Shown: positions 45,983-55,427, counted from the first letter of the stretch. The stretch: DNA of 64,000 nt from an uncultured Micavibrio sp. (GCA_963977105.1 CAXBNI010000002.1:44675-108674), one strand, 5' to 3'. Notes: generated by a model from the letters alone, not told the origin. Program-made: numbers and translations.

Positions 45983-46981
45983 TTATTTCTTACCGCGGCC
46001 ATGCATATCATCCATAATGTCTAATGTATCAGGGTTAAATGGCACTGGCGTTAAATCAACAACAGGCTCCATGCCTCCATTTTCGCGGTTCGCGCGGCAA
46101 TTAAGCGGCAGCTTTAATAAGTCAGGCCATTGCTCAACCCAGCCATCTTGGTCATCCGCGTCTGGAATAATGCTGTGACGCATACACCATGTTGGGCCAA
46201 CGGCCTGCGCGTAATTGTGATAGCTTTGCAAGGCTTCGACCTTATCATCCTCACCAACGAAGTGATATTGCGGCAAATGCGCCATTGATTGTGCGTAGTC
46301 AATCGGGTTAAGGCCGCCTTCGTAATAATGGTTTAATTTACGATCCGCATATTCAGAGCCATCTAAATAACTCGCCGCCGTACGTACCGCTTCGACATCC
46401 ATACGCTGTGAAGCGAGGATCGTCGCAACAGACGCGCCGCTGCCGTAACCGTTTAATACGAAAGTATCAACGCCATGGTAACGGCGTATATTATCTAAAG
46501 CCTGCATATAGGAATCAAGCACAGATGACGACACAGGGCCTTCTTTATAATATTTGTTTACGCAGCGCCCAGCCTCGCTCTCGCCCAGTAAGGCACGGCG
46601 CAAATACTGACACGGCGATGAAAGGTAAATTACGTTACTCGCCGAATCGCGTGCGGCAAGGCGCAACGCAACAGGGTTAGATGGCGCTTTGGAGTAAAAA
46701 ATCTTTGGGTTAAGCTCATTGAAAGAGAAACCATCACGAAAAACCTGATTATCCTCGATATAGACCTGCACGACCTTAAGCGGGTCATGAACACGCTCAA
46801 AAGCGACCAAAGCCACATCATCGGTTGGCACTTGGCGTTTCAACATGAAAACAGGAAGCGCAATGCGGTTAAGCTGCGTTTCTTTAACGTGTATCGCGCC
46901 GCTTTCGCAGCCAGCAAGGCCAGCCAAAAGCGTGATACCTAAAGCTAAAGTTGAGAATTTTTTGAATGTTTTGAATATCAT
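45983..46981 (-). CDS. alpha/beta-hydrolase-like lipoprotein, paralog 2
   Basis: 332 aa with lipobox LLAGLAGC, NGYGSGAS and LPQYHFVGEDD. Confidence 0.7.
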   Translation of the reverse strand: MIFKTFKKFSTLALGITLLAGLAGCESGAIHVKETQLNRIALPVFMLKRQVPTDDVALVAFERVHDPLKVVQVYIEDNQVFRDGFSFNELNPKIFYSKAPSNPVALRLAARDSASNVIYLSSPCQYLRRALLGESEAGRCVNKYYKEGPVSSSVLDSYMQALDNIRRYHGVDTFVLNGYGSGASVATILASQRMDVEAVRTAASYLDGSEYADRKLNHYYEGGLNPIDYAQSMAHLPQYHFVGEDDKVEALQSYHNYAQAVGPTWCMRHSIIPDADDQDGWVEQWPDLLKLPLNCRANRENGGMEPVVDLTPVPFNPDTLDIMDDMHGRGKK

Positions 46982-47066
46982 GACAGACCCATCATCATAA
47001 GAATTTTTAAGTTAAATAACCGCATAACTGTATCACGGTGCCTGTGAAAAGCCTATAGCGTTTTTT

Positions 47067-47831
47067 TTAGTTGTCCAAAGTCAAAATGACAGGCACATGG
47101 TCAGATGGCTGTTCTAGGCCGCGCGGGGCGGTATCAATCACGCAGCTTTCCATGCGGTCAACCAATGTCGGCGACAGCAGAAAATGGTCAATGCGAATAC
47201 CGTGGTTTTTTTGGTAAGCGCCGCGCTGATAATCCCAGAAGCTATATTGTTCGTCTTGATGATTATTGACGCGGAATGCATCTGTGTAGCCCAAAAACCC
47301 GTATGAGCGGTACAAAGCGCGGGTTTGCGGCAGCGTCGCGGCGTCGCCTTCCCATGCTTTGGGATCATGGCAGTCGCGGTCTTCGGGAATTACATTGTAA
47401 TCGCCAGCGACCAAAACATCGCTTTCTGCGCCGCGCAGGCCTTCCATATAAGTGTAAAGCCGCTTCATCCATGATAATTTATAAGTGTATTTGTCGCTAT
47501 CAACTGGGTTGCCGTTGGGCAAATAGATATTAACGCAGCGTACGCCGTTAATCATGCAATCAAGGAAACGCGCTTGTTCATCGCTCTCATCGCCAGGTAA
47601 CTTATCACAGCGCAGGTCAATGTCGTGCTTGCTTAATATCGCTACGCCATTATAGGCTTTTTGTGCGGTATAGGCTGATTTATAGCCGATTTCTTCAAAT
47701 GCTGCAGCAGGAAAGGCCTCGCCCTTAAGTTCTTGCAGCATCAATACGTCGACTTGATGCGTCGCGAGCCAGTTTTTAACATGCTCAAGGCGTATTTTGA
47801 TTGAATTTACATTCCAAATGGCAATTTTCAT
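47067..47831 (-). CDS. xthA: exodeoxyribonuclease III
   Basis: 254 aa with MKIAIWNVNS, LQELK, GDYN and SDHVPV motifs of the EEP/ExoIII family. Confidence 0.93.
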   Translation of the reverse strand: MKIAIWNVNSIKIRLEHVKNWLATHQVDVLMLQELKGEAFPAAAFEEIGYKSAYTAQKAYNGVAILSKHDIDLRCDKLPGDESDEQARFLDCMINGVRCVNIYLPNGNPVDSDKYTYKLSWMKRLYTYMEGLRGAESDVLVAGDYNVIPEDRDCHDPKAWEGDAATLPQTRALYRSYGFLGYTDAFRVNNHQDEQYSFWDYQRGAYQKNHGIRIDHFLLSPTLVDRMESCVIDTAPRGLEQPSDHVPVILTLDN

Positions 47832-47904
47832 TAGACCCGATACCTTTATTATTTATCGCGCCATAGTAACGGCAAATAACGAAAAAGGAAGACCGAAATA
47901 TAGA

Positions 47905-48225
47905 TTAAAGGGAGAACGACGTGCCGCAGCCACATGAGCTGTTCGCCGCAGGGTTATCAATCTGGAACATGCGCCCCATCATATCATCATGAAATTTTAT
48001 GGTTGAGCCTTTCATATATTTCAGTGACAGCGAATCGATAACGACCACGCCCTCATATATCAGGTCATCATCGCTGACGGCCTCGTTATCCCACTCATAT
48101 TTATACTGGAAACCAGAACAACCGCCGCCATCAACGCGAATCCGCAAATGCAGACTTGCGTCAGCCTTTGCCTCGCGTTCACGTTTTACTTCATTTATTG
48201 CAGTCTCATCAATAATCAGTGCCAT
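47905..48225 (-). CDS. erpA: iron-sulfur cluster insertion protein (HesB/IscA/ErpA family)
   Basis: The start is set at MALIIDETAINEV; the ORF track extends to 48294. It has GGGCSGFQY and a C-terminal CGCGTSF. Confidence 0.9.
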   Translation of the reverse strand: MALIIDETAINEVKREREAKADASLHLRIRVDGGGCSGFQYKYEWDNEAVSDDDLIYEGVVVIDSLSLKYMKGSTIKFHDDMMGRMFQIDNPAANSSCGCGTSFSL

Positions 48226-48374
48226 CAGCATCCATACTCTAGTGTCAAAAAAACATCTCCTTATATTATATGGAGGAATACTCAAAATAATCAAGCTCTA
48301 CGACTTGGCGCGGGGGCATCATTCTGTTAGTTTTGGGTAAATCTGAAATAAAAAACGCGAAATGAGTTTGTGAA

Positions 48375-49613
48375 ATGACAACAAATGCTGCCGAAAGCAA
48401 TATGGCTTATAATTATTGCGCCGTGCCTTTAGCACATTATGCCTGCCGCCCCGACCAAAGCCGTGGCCGCATACATGATGAAGCAGAAAGCCGCCACCGC
48501 ACTTGTTTTCAGCGTGACCGCGACCGCGTCATTCACTGCAGCGCCTTTCGCCGCCTTAAAGACAAAACCCAAGTCTTTGTTTACTATGAAGGTGAAGATT
48601 ACCGCACCAGATTATCCCACACTATCGAAGTCGCGCAGATTGCCCGTACGCTGTCTCGTGCATTATTGGTCAATGAAGACCTCGCAGAGGCCATTGCCCT
48701 TGCACATGATTTAGGCCACACGCCATTTGCCCATGCCGGTGAAGAAACCCTTAAAAAATGCATGAAGGATTTAGGCGAGTTTGAACATAACGACCAATCC
48801 CTGCGTGTCCTCACCACATTAGAAGACAAATACCCATCATGGCGCGGGTTAAACCTGACATGGGAAACACTGGAAGGCGTGGTCAAGCATAATGGCCCTT
48901 TAATTGGCCCCAATGCGCGTAAGCAAGTCGCGCCACTGCCAACATCACTGCGTGAACTGCAAGAGCACGCCGAATTAGAGATTGAAGGCTTTGCATCCGT
49001 TGAGGCTCAGGTCGCCGCGCTTGCTGATGACATTGCATATAATAACCATGACGTTGAAGACGGTTTAAAATCTGAGATATTCTCATTGCATGATATTTGT
49101 AGCGCCGTCCCCCTCTTCCGCGAGCGCGTTGAATGCGTGCGTGCAAAATATAGTGACTTACCTGAGAAAATTTTGATCTCAGAATCCATCCGCGACATGA
49201 TGGGCGTGATGGTCGATGATGTTTTGGCAGAAAGCTTGAAAAATCTAGCGGCGTTAAAACCACAACATGTTGATGACGTACGCGCACACAATGCCGCGAT
49301 TGTCAGGTTTTCCGATGGCATGTTCCAAGAGCTAAAGATCCTACGCGCTTTTTTGATGGAAAATATGTACCGCCATTACACCGTTCAGCGCATCTGGGTA
49401 AAGGCCGAGAAGATCATTGGCGACTTATTCAATGTCTTTATCGGCGACAATTTGCTTTTACCGACCGAAGTGCAAAACGAAATTAAAGCGCTAAAAAATG
49501 ATAATAACGGCTTCCGTAAAGCGCGGATTATTGCCGACCATATTGCCTGCATGACCGACCGCAGCGCCGCCGCCGAACATGAAGCAATATTTAATCTATA
49601 TAAGCGCCTATAA
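48375..49613 (+). CDS. dgt: dGTP triphosphohydrolase-like HD-domain protein
   Basis: 412 aa with RTRLSHTIEVAQIAR and ALAHDLGHTPFAHAGE (HD motif). The erpA-dgt neighbourhood is common in alphaproteobacteria. Confidence 0.9.
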   Translation: MTTNAAESNMAYNYCAVPLAHYACRPDQSRGRIHDEAESRHRTCFQRDRDRVIHCSAFRRLKDKTQVFVYYEGEDYRTRLSHTIEVAQIARTLSRALLVNEDLAEAIALAHDLGHTPFAHAGEETLKKCMKDLGEFEHNDQSLRVLTTLEDKYPSWRGLNLTWETLEGVVKHNGPLIGPNARKQVAPLPTSLRELQEHAELEIEGFASVEAQVAALADDIAYNNHDVEDGLKSEIFSLHDICSAVPLFRERVECVRAKYSDLPEKILISESIRDMMGVMVDDVLAESLKNLAALKPQHVDDVRAHNAAIVRFSDGMFQELKILRAFLMENMYRHYTVQRIWVKAEKIIGDLFNVFIGDNLLLPTEVQNEIKALKNDNNGFRKARIIADHIACMTDRSAAAEHEAIFNLYKRL

Positions 49614-49640
49614 GCGCCACAACAGAATGAAGACAACGCA

Positions 49641-50567
49641 ATGAAACCAAATGCAATCTTACTTATATGTGCGGTGATTATCGCCAGTGGCCTCGTATGG
49701 TACAGCGCAAACAACACCAGCGGCACGGTGCCGATTATACGCGCGGATAATTCCCCGATAAAAGAGCGCCCCAATGAACGCGGCGGCATGAATATCGCGC
49801 ATAAAGACAGCACAATATACAACACCATGCGCGGCAGCGCTGAACAGGGGCGCGTTGAAAACTTGCTCGCAGAGCGCCCTGCGCAAGGCAGCGTTAACCG
49901 CGATGAGTTATTTGCAGGCATCAAAGCACAGCAAATCAAAAAGCAACAAGCCGCAGCAGTCATTGAGCCTAAAGAAATAAAGGCCACAGAAACAGAGTCC
50001 GCAAGCCAAGTGATGAGCAGCAACAACACAGTGCCGCTATCGCCAGCCCTTGAAGAACAGAGCACAACCACGCCCCCAGAAGCAAGCGGCGCGCTCGAAA
50101 TCGTAAAAACTGAAAAACACACCACGGTAAACGTCACCACCCCAAAGGCGCGCCCGCGAAATGCGCTCACCGCTACGGCAAAGTCTAGCACCACCACTCC
50201 GGCAGATACAAAGCAACTCAGCAGCCTGCTTGCTGAAGTACAAGGCTTAAAAATTGATCCCATCCAAAAAAAGAAAGCGCAGCCTGCAAACGCGCCCTCC
50301 ATAACACAAGCGACACACAGCGCCGGAAGTCACTATATTCAAATTGGTAGCTTAAGGTCGGAATCCGCCGCCAAAGCTCACTGGGCAGCACGCAGTAAAG
50401 AGTTCGCCGCGACGCTCAAAGGCTTCTCACTACGCATTGAACATATTGAAATCGCAGAGCGCGGCAGCTTTTATCGTGTACAGGGCGGCGCCGTCAGCAA
50501 AGAAACTGCGAAAAAGGCTTGCGCCGTTATAAACGCGCGCCACAGCAACAGCTGCATCGTGAAATAG
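49641..50567 (+). CDS. SPOR-domain protein
   Basis: 308 aa with an N-terminal TM, a low-complexity S/T/P/A linker and a C-terminal SPOR-like module (HYIQIGSLRSESAAKAHW...FYRVQGG). Confidence 0.8.
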   Translation: MKPNAILLICAVIIASGLVWYSANNTSGTVPIIRADNSPIKERPNERGGMNIAHKDSTIYNTMRGSAEQGRVENLLAERPAQGSVNRDELFAGIKAQQIKKQQAAAVIEPKEIKATETESASQVMSSNNTVPLSPALEEQSTTTPPEASGALEIVKTEKHTTVNVTTPKARPRNALTATAKSSTTTPADTKQLSSLLAEVQGLKIDPIQKKKAQPANAPSITQATHSAGSHYIQIGSLRSESAAKAHWAARSKEFAATLKGFSLRIEHIEIAERGSFYRVQGGAVSKETAKKACAVINARHSNSCIVK

Positions 50568-50717
50568 GCCACGTCTAGGAAGCCCAGAAAACCAAAGTAA
50601 AAACGCAATTGATGCATTATTTGACTAAAACGCTTCACAAATATGAATTGGGGCGCTATTTTATATGAAGCTAAATTTAATCATGGCGTATCAATTCCAC
50701 GAAAAGGTATCTTTCAA

Positions 50718-51512
50718 ATGGCTCAGTTTACACTGCCCAAAAATTCTAAAATCAGCAAAGGCCATAAATTTACGGCCAAAGAAGATGCAAAAGATGTAAA
50801 GAATTTCAGAATTTATCGCTGGGATCCCGACCGTGACGAAACGCCGCGCATGGATGAATATGAGCTTGATACTGCGGCTTGTGGCCCTATGGTGCTCGAC
50901 GCGTTGATCAAGATTAAAGACGAAGTCGACAGCACATTAACCTTCCGCCGCTCTTGCCGCGAAGGTATTTGTGGATCATGTGCTATGAATATTGACGGCA
51001 CCAATACACTCGCCTGCTTAAAGCCCATCGACGAAGTAAAAGGTGACGTAAAAATTACGCCGCTGCCACATATGCCTGTGGTCAAAGACCTTGTCCCTGA
51101 TTTGAACCATGTTTATGCGCAATACGAATCAATCGAACCGTGGCTAAAAAGCGACACGCCAGCCCCTGAAAAAGAGCGCCTACAAAGCGCTGCTGACGCT
51201 GATATTCTTAACGGTGATGATGGCCACGGCCCTGCGGCATGTATTTTATGTTTCTGCTGTTCAACATCCTGCCCAAGTTACTGGTGGAATGGTGATCGCT
51301 TCTTAGGCCCAGCTATTTTATTGCAGGCTTATCGCTGGATATCTGATTCGCGTGATGATGCGGTCGGTGAACGTCTTGATCAATTAGAAGACCCATTCCG
51401 CCTTTTCCGCTGTCATACAATTATGAATTGTACAAAGACATGTCCAAAAGGCCTCAACCCTGCAAAATCAATCGCAGAAATTAAGAAGCTTATGGTCGCA
51501 CGCCAAGCGTAA
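50718..51512 (+). CDS. sdhB: succinate dehydrogenase iron-sulfur subunit
   Basis: The start is set at [11 protein letters not shown]; the ORF track starts at 50643. Three Fe-S cluster motifs: [31 protein letters not shown] and [17 protein letters not shown]. No sdhCDA genes are adjacent. Confidence 0.95.
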   Translation: MAQFTLPKNSKISKGHKFTAKEDAKDVKNFRIYRWDPDRDETPRMDEYELDTAACGPMVLDALIKIKDEVDSTLTFRRSCREGICGSCAMNIDGTNTLACLKPIDEVKGDVKITPLPHMPVVKDLVPDLNHVYAQYESIEPWLKSDTPAPEKERLQSAADADILNGDDGHGPAACILCFCCSTSCPSYWWNGDRFLGPAILLQAYRWISDSRDDAVGERLDQLEDPFRLFRCHTIMNCTKTCPKGLNPAKSIAEIKKLMVARQA

Positions 51513-51590
51513 AACGCCGCAAGCCGCACAGCAAAACACTGATAATATGCACATTTTGCATCGATAGCTCACTATCCATGTACTTTACGC

Positions 51591-51619
51591 TTGCCTATTT
51601 ATGGCTCGTCCATATATAA
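51591..51619 (+). promoter_or_regulatory. candidate sigma70-type promoter for infA
   Basis: TTGCCT-N17-ATATAA, 40 nt upstream of the infA ATG. Confidence 0.3.
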
Positions 51620-51658
51620 CAACCCTACAGAATAATTAATTATATAAGAAATGGTGCC

Positions 51659-51877
51659 ATGGCTAAAGAAGACCTGATTGAATTTAAAGGAACTGTAACT
51701 GAAGTTCTCCCGAACGCAATGTTTCGCGTTAAGCTTGAAAATGACCACGAAGTTCTTGCGCATACTGCTGGCAAGATGCGTAAAAACCGTATCCGCGTAT
51801 TACAAGGCGATACTGTTGTTGTTGAAATGACACCTTACGACCTTTCAAAAGGCCGTATCATCTTCCGCGAGAAGTAA
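51659..51877 (+). CDS. infA: translation initiation factor IF-1
   Basis: 72 aa. [48 protein letters not shown] is near-canonical IF-1. Confidence 0.97.
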   Translation: MAKEDLIEFKGTVTEVLPNAMFRVKLENDHEVLAHTAGKMRKNRIRVLQGDTVVVEMTPYDLSKGRIIFREK

Positions 51878-51916
51878 AATCCACTTAGCTTACTCACGCG
51901 TTAAGGCAAGTTTACC

Positions 51917-52519
51917 ATGTCGAAATCACAACTGATTCTTGCCTCCGCTTCCCCGCGCCGATTAGAACTGCTAAAACAGATTCATATTACGCCCGCGCAT
52001 ATTTTTCCCGCCGATATTAACGAAGAGCGCCAGTCTGGTGAAAAGCCTGCTGCGTTAGCTGAGCGGCTTGCTGTAGAAAAAGCGCAGCATGTCTATAATG
52101 CACAGCGCATAAGCCATCCTGACCATTATATTTTAGCCGCAGATACCGTTGTCAGCCTTGGACAACGTGACCTCGCAAAACCAAATGACGCAAAACAAGC
52201 CGCATATTTTTTAAAGCTGCTTTCAGGGCGCCGTCATGATGTTTTAGGCGGCATAGCGATGATCGCACCAGACGGCACAGTTTCTTCACGTCTTATCCGC
52301 AGCAGCGTTAAATTTAAACGCCTCAGCCCTCAAGACATTGAAGGCTACATTGCCAGCAATGAATGGGATGGCAAAGCAGGCGGCTATGCCATACAAGGCC
52401 TTGCCGCGCGTTATATTAAATCCATCCAAGGCTCCTACACCAATATTGTCGGCTTATCCTTATATGAGACACACAACATGCTAAACGGGCTTGGCTATAA
52501 CGCTTCATCCCCTTTATAA
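51917..52519 (+). CDS. maf: Maf-family nucleoside triphosphate pyrophosphatase
   Basis: 200 aa with LILASASPRR.ELL, LAADTVV and GAYGIQG-like (GGYAIQG) motifs. Confidence 0.9.
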   Translation: MSKSQLILASASPRRLELLKQIHITPAHIFPADINEERQSGEKPAALAERLAVEKAQHVYNAQRISHPDHYILAADTVVSLGQRDLAKPNDAKQAAYFLKLLSGRRHDVLGGIAMIAPDGTVSSRLIRSSVKFKRLSPQDIEGYIASNEWDGKAGGYAIQGLAARYIKSIQGSYTNIVGLSLYETHNMLNGLGYNASSPL

Positions 52520-52526
52520 TAGCCGC

Positions 52527-53744
52527 ATGGAAATTTTAATTGATAGCATTAGTGATTCGCTCTGCGCTGTGGCTTTAGACAAAGGACACAAGCTAGAAGC
52601 CGTTGAAATTGACCCCGAACTTGAACAAGTGCGTCATGGTACAATTTACATGGGGCGTATTGACCGCATTGATGCCACAGAAAACACCGCCTATATCGAT
52701 ATTGGCAATAATTTACAGGGCTTCCTTAACGCCAAGGATGCGCGGCATTTAGGCAACAAAACAGATAAATCACTCTCCCAGTGGCTTAATAATGGCGATT
52801 TAGTCATTGTGCAGGCACAAGATGGCGCGGTCATGCCCCGCAGCCATGCATATGATGATTATGAAGACAAGCATGTTCGCCTGACAATGGACATCACCTT
52901 ACATGGGCGCTTCACCCTTTATGCGCCTTACCGTAAAGACAACAAAATTTCCCGCCGCATTGACGATAAGCAGCGCCGCGCCCATTTAAAAGACATGATG
53001 GACAAAGAAGACATGCAGGGCACCGTCCTGCGTGCCGCATCAACCATGCTGCAAAACGATATGATTTTGCGTGAATATAAATTGCTCCGAAAAATATGGC
53101 TCGCGGTTTTAGAAAGCCTGCCGACAGCAAACACCGCCCGCCCAATATTGGCGGGGCCAAACGCAATGATGCGGATGCTTGCCAACCAAGCCATGAACAC
53201 AATTGAGCGCATCGAGATCTGCGGCGAGGATTATTTCGACCTCACCCAGACATGGTGTATGCAATTCGCCCCCGACTTGGTTAACAAGCTCGTCTTTAGC
53301 GACATTAAGGAAACGAGCCGCGATGCGGACAGGTTATTCGAATTCCGCGGCGTCTTAACGCCGATAGAAGACCTCTACCGCCCCTATTGCGTGTTAGATA
53401 ACGGCAGCTCCATCATTATCGAGGAAACGGCTGCGCTGACGGCTGTGGACGTTAATCGCGGTGCGGCGGATGGCTCTCGCCTTGACGTCAATATATATAC
53501 GGCCAAGGAAATCATGCGCCAAATCCGCCTGCGCAACTTAAGCGGCATTATTATTATCGACTTCCTTAAAATGAAAAATGATGATGAACGCAAAAAATTT
53601 ACAAAGCTTGTGAAAGATTTAGCCCGTACTGACCCGTATACAGTACAAGTACACGGCCTAACCAAGCTAGGCCTGATGGAGCTAACCCGCGCACGCCGCA
53701 CGCCGCCACTGGCGGATAAGCTTGATTTAGTCATTAACAGCTAA
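52527..53744 (+). CDS. rng: ribonuclease E/G family protein (short, RNase G-like)
   Basis: The start is set at MEILIDS; the ORF track starts at 52491. It has an S1-like segment GTIYMGRIDRIDATENTAYIDIG and a catalytic region with AVDVNRGA and IIIDFL. Confidence 0.85.
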   Translation: MEILIDSISDSLCAVALDKGHKLEAVEIDPELEQVRHGTIYMGRIDRIDATENTAYIDIGNNLQGFLNAKDARHLGNKTDKSLSQWLNNGDLVIVQAQDGAVMPRSHAYDDYEDKHVRLTMDITLHGRFTLYAPYRKDNKISRRIDDKQRRAHLKDMMDKEDMQGTVLRAASTMLQNDMILREYKLLRKIWLAVLESLPTANTARPILAGPNAMMRMLANQAMNTIERIEICGEDYFDLTQTWCMQFAPDLVNKLVFSDIKETSRDADRLFEFRGVLTPIEDLYRPYCVLDNGSSIIIEETAALTAVDVNRGAADGSRLDVNIYTAKEIMRQIRLRNLSGIIIIDFLKMKNDDERKKFTKLVKDLARTDPYTVQVHGLTKLGLMELTRARRTPPLADKLDLVINS

Positions 53745-53776
53745 CGGCCTAAACGTCACAACCACCGCACAATTAT

Positions 53777-53825
53777 GAAATGTGACCGAAATGTGACAAA
53801 CATAGCCGCAATTTTTGTCACATTT
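53777..53825. repeat. three copies of the 9-mer AAATGTGAC (two direct, one inverted)
   Basis: GAAATGTGAC at 53777-53786 and 53788-53797; GTCACATTT at 53817-53825. They lie in the gap between the 3' ends of two convergent genes. Confidence 0.8.
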
Positions 53826-53843
53826 ATATGAGAATATTATTAT
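53815..53843 (+). promoter_or_regulatory. candidate orphan sigma70-type promoter
   Basis: TTGTCA-N17-TATTAT. The -35 overlaps the inverted AAATGTGAC copy. No protein ORF lies downstream before the terminator at 53954. Confidence 0.3.
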
Positions 53844-53953
53844 ATAGAGAGAAATAACTAATAAAAAAAATTTGGGAAATCTGATAAGAATATCTAATTT
53901 TACGTTATTAATCTCCTCTTAAAATACCAGCAAAATTAAATACCAGCTAAATA

Positions 53954-53988
53954 AGCGTCGATCCAATTGCCCCCGGATCGACGCTTTT
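53954..53988 (+). terminator. rho-independent terminator (for rng read-through or an intergenic small RNA)
   Basis: Perfect 11-bp stem AGCGTCGATCC / GGATCGACGCT with a 10-nt loop, followed by TTTT. Confidence 0.7.
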
Positions 53989-53992
53989 GCTT

Positions 53993-54020
53993 GTCTGGCT
54001 TCTGGCTTCTGACTTCTGGC
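53993..54020. repeat. short tandem heptamer repeat
   Basis: GTCTGGC TTCTGGC TTCTGAC TTCTGGC (4 x 7 bp), between the two terminators. Confidence 0.6.
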
Positions 54021-54073
54021 TTTTCATTTCCACCCTCCTTCTCTAAACTTGATAGAACACAAACACCGAACAT

Positions 54074-54103
54074 AAAAAAAGCCCCAGGCGTGAACCTAGG
54101 GCT
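54074..54103 (-). terminator. rho-independent terminator after the Gly-rich protein gene
   Basis: On the minus strand the stem is AGCCCTAGG / CCTGGGGCT with a 6-nt loop, followed by T7. Confidence 0.7.
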
Positions 54104-54130
54104 TTCGGAAACTGAGAGGTTTCTTTTTAT

Positions 54131-54994
54131 TTACATCGCGAGGTCAAGTTTTTGAACTACAGGAGCTGCAGATGTACCTTTGTTTAACAGACCAGAAGCA
54201 ATCGATCCGCCCCAACCAAGTACTTTAGGAACTTTGGTAAGTAAACCAAGGCCAAAGCCGTACTCTGCTGCTGTGTGTAATGCATGCCCAGCCGCACTGT
54301 CAATATCAGGCTTATTAATACCAACCGCAGTATCTTCAACAGCTTTATTCCAACTCTTAGCTAGATCTGAGTAACTATCATCACTAACAAGGCTAGCTAC
54401 ACCTGCCGCTGTATGAACCAGCATGCTTTGTAAACCATGTGACACATTGTGCACACCATCCATCAAATTCATTTCGTTTGGCAGATAGACCCCCGCCTTA
54501 ACAGCTTGCGCAAAACCAACTTTTGCATCTGGAGCCTGCGCCAAACCTGTTGCAGGGTCAATATTCTGCTGCGGACCATATTCTAATACTTCACGCTGCG
54601 CTTTTCTGTCTTGGTCAATCTTAAAGGCGCGCTCTTCCATACCGTCAACTTTTTTCATGCACCAATCAGCAAGTGGCTTACCAGCATCACCGAATAGCGA
54701 GAAGAAAGCGCCTAATTTAGCAAAAAACCACTGAAAACTAGAGCTTGCGTCTGCAACCTCAGCATCACGCTTCGCTGCAGCTTCCGTTTGTGTCGCTTCT
54801 TGCATACCACGGCCAAAAAGACCGCCAATGCCATCAATAAAAGAACTAGTACCACGCCCTCTATTTAACGCTTGGTCTGCCACTAAGCCTGCGCCACCTA
54901 GACCAACTAAGCCCAAGCCTCCTTTAAGTAAGGTTCCGCCGAAAGCCCAACCCGTTTTTAATAAACCTAAACCTTTGCCAATAAATGGTAACAT
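54131..54994 (-). CDS. hypothetical protein with glycine-zipper-like termini
   Basis: 287 aa. The N terminus is MLPFIGKGLGLLKTGWAFGGTLLKGGLGLVGLGGAGLV and the C terminus is GFGLGLLTKVPKVLGWGGSIASGLL. No homolog recognised. Confidence 0.65.
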   Translation of the reverse strand: MLPFIGKGLGLLKTGWAFGGTLLKGGLGLVGLGGAGLVADQALNRGRGTSSFIDGIGGLFGRGMQEATQTEAAAKRDAEVADASSSFQWFFAKLGAFFSLFGDAGKPLADWCMKKVDGMEERAFKIDQDRKAQREVLEYGPQQNIDPATGLAQAPDAKVGFAQAVKAGVYLPNEMNLMDGVHNVSHGLQSMLVHTAAGVASLVSDDSYSDLAKSWNKAVEDTAVGINKPDIDSAAGHALHTAAEYGFGLGLLTKVPKVLGWGGSIASGLLNKGTSAAPVVQKLDLAM

Positions 54995-55317
54995 CTACTC
55001 TTCCTCTCAGTGTTTCTACTTAATTTATTTTATACTCTTTATATAAAGATTTTCTTAAGTAGCGTTAATTTCTAAATAAAGTTTACGATAAAAAAGATAA
55101 CTTTGCAAACTTATGCTATTTTTCTCATTAAACTCAATAGCTTAGCTTGTTATGCCTTCGTGATCATCAAAACACCACTATGGCCAGTTACTTAATATAG
55201 TTGCATAAGAGTTATATAATCATACATATAAATATTATGCAACTTTTTTTATTTTGCCACTAGACAAGATGCACAGCTTCTTATATAAAACTGCACTACA
55301 GATCATTTATACGGTCT

Positions 55318-55392
55318 GCCCGGGTAGCTCAGTGGTAGAGCAGAGGATTGAAAATCCTCGTGTCGGTAGTTCAATTCTACCTCCGGGCACCA
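55318..55392 (+). tRNA. tRNA-Phe (anticodon GAA)
   Basis: Cloverleaf folded by hand: acceptor GCCCGGG/TCCGGGC, anticodon arm GAGGA-TTGAAAA-TCCTC, T arm GGTAG-TTCAATT-CTACC, and an encoded CCA. Confidence 0.92.
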
Positions 55393-55427
55393 CTTTTCCC
55401 AAATATACTATGAATACGAATAACTGA

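Noticed and set aside
48375-49613. The dGTPase-like gene as an anti-phage dNTP-depletion defence gene
   Set aside because: It lies in the erpA-dgt-SPOR neighbourhood typical of alphaproteobacterial core genomes. Nothing nearby suggests a defence island.
49385-50302. 305-aa minus-strand ORF overlapping the dgt 3' end and the SPOR-domain gene
   Set aside because: The composition is hydrophobic, low-complexity and Cys/Phe-rich. The plus-strand frames carry recognisable HD-domain and SPOR motifs.
53967-54155. 62-aa plus-strand ORF
   Set aside because: It runs across two terminator hairpins and the heptamer repeat, and into the 3' end of the convergent gene.
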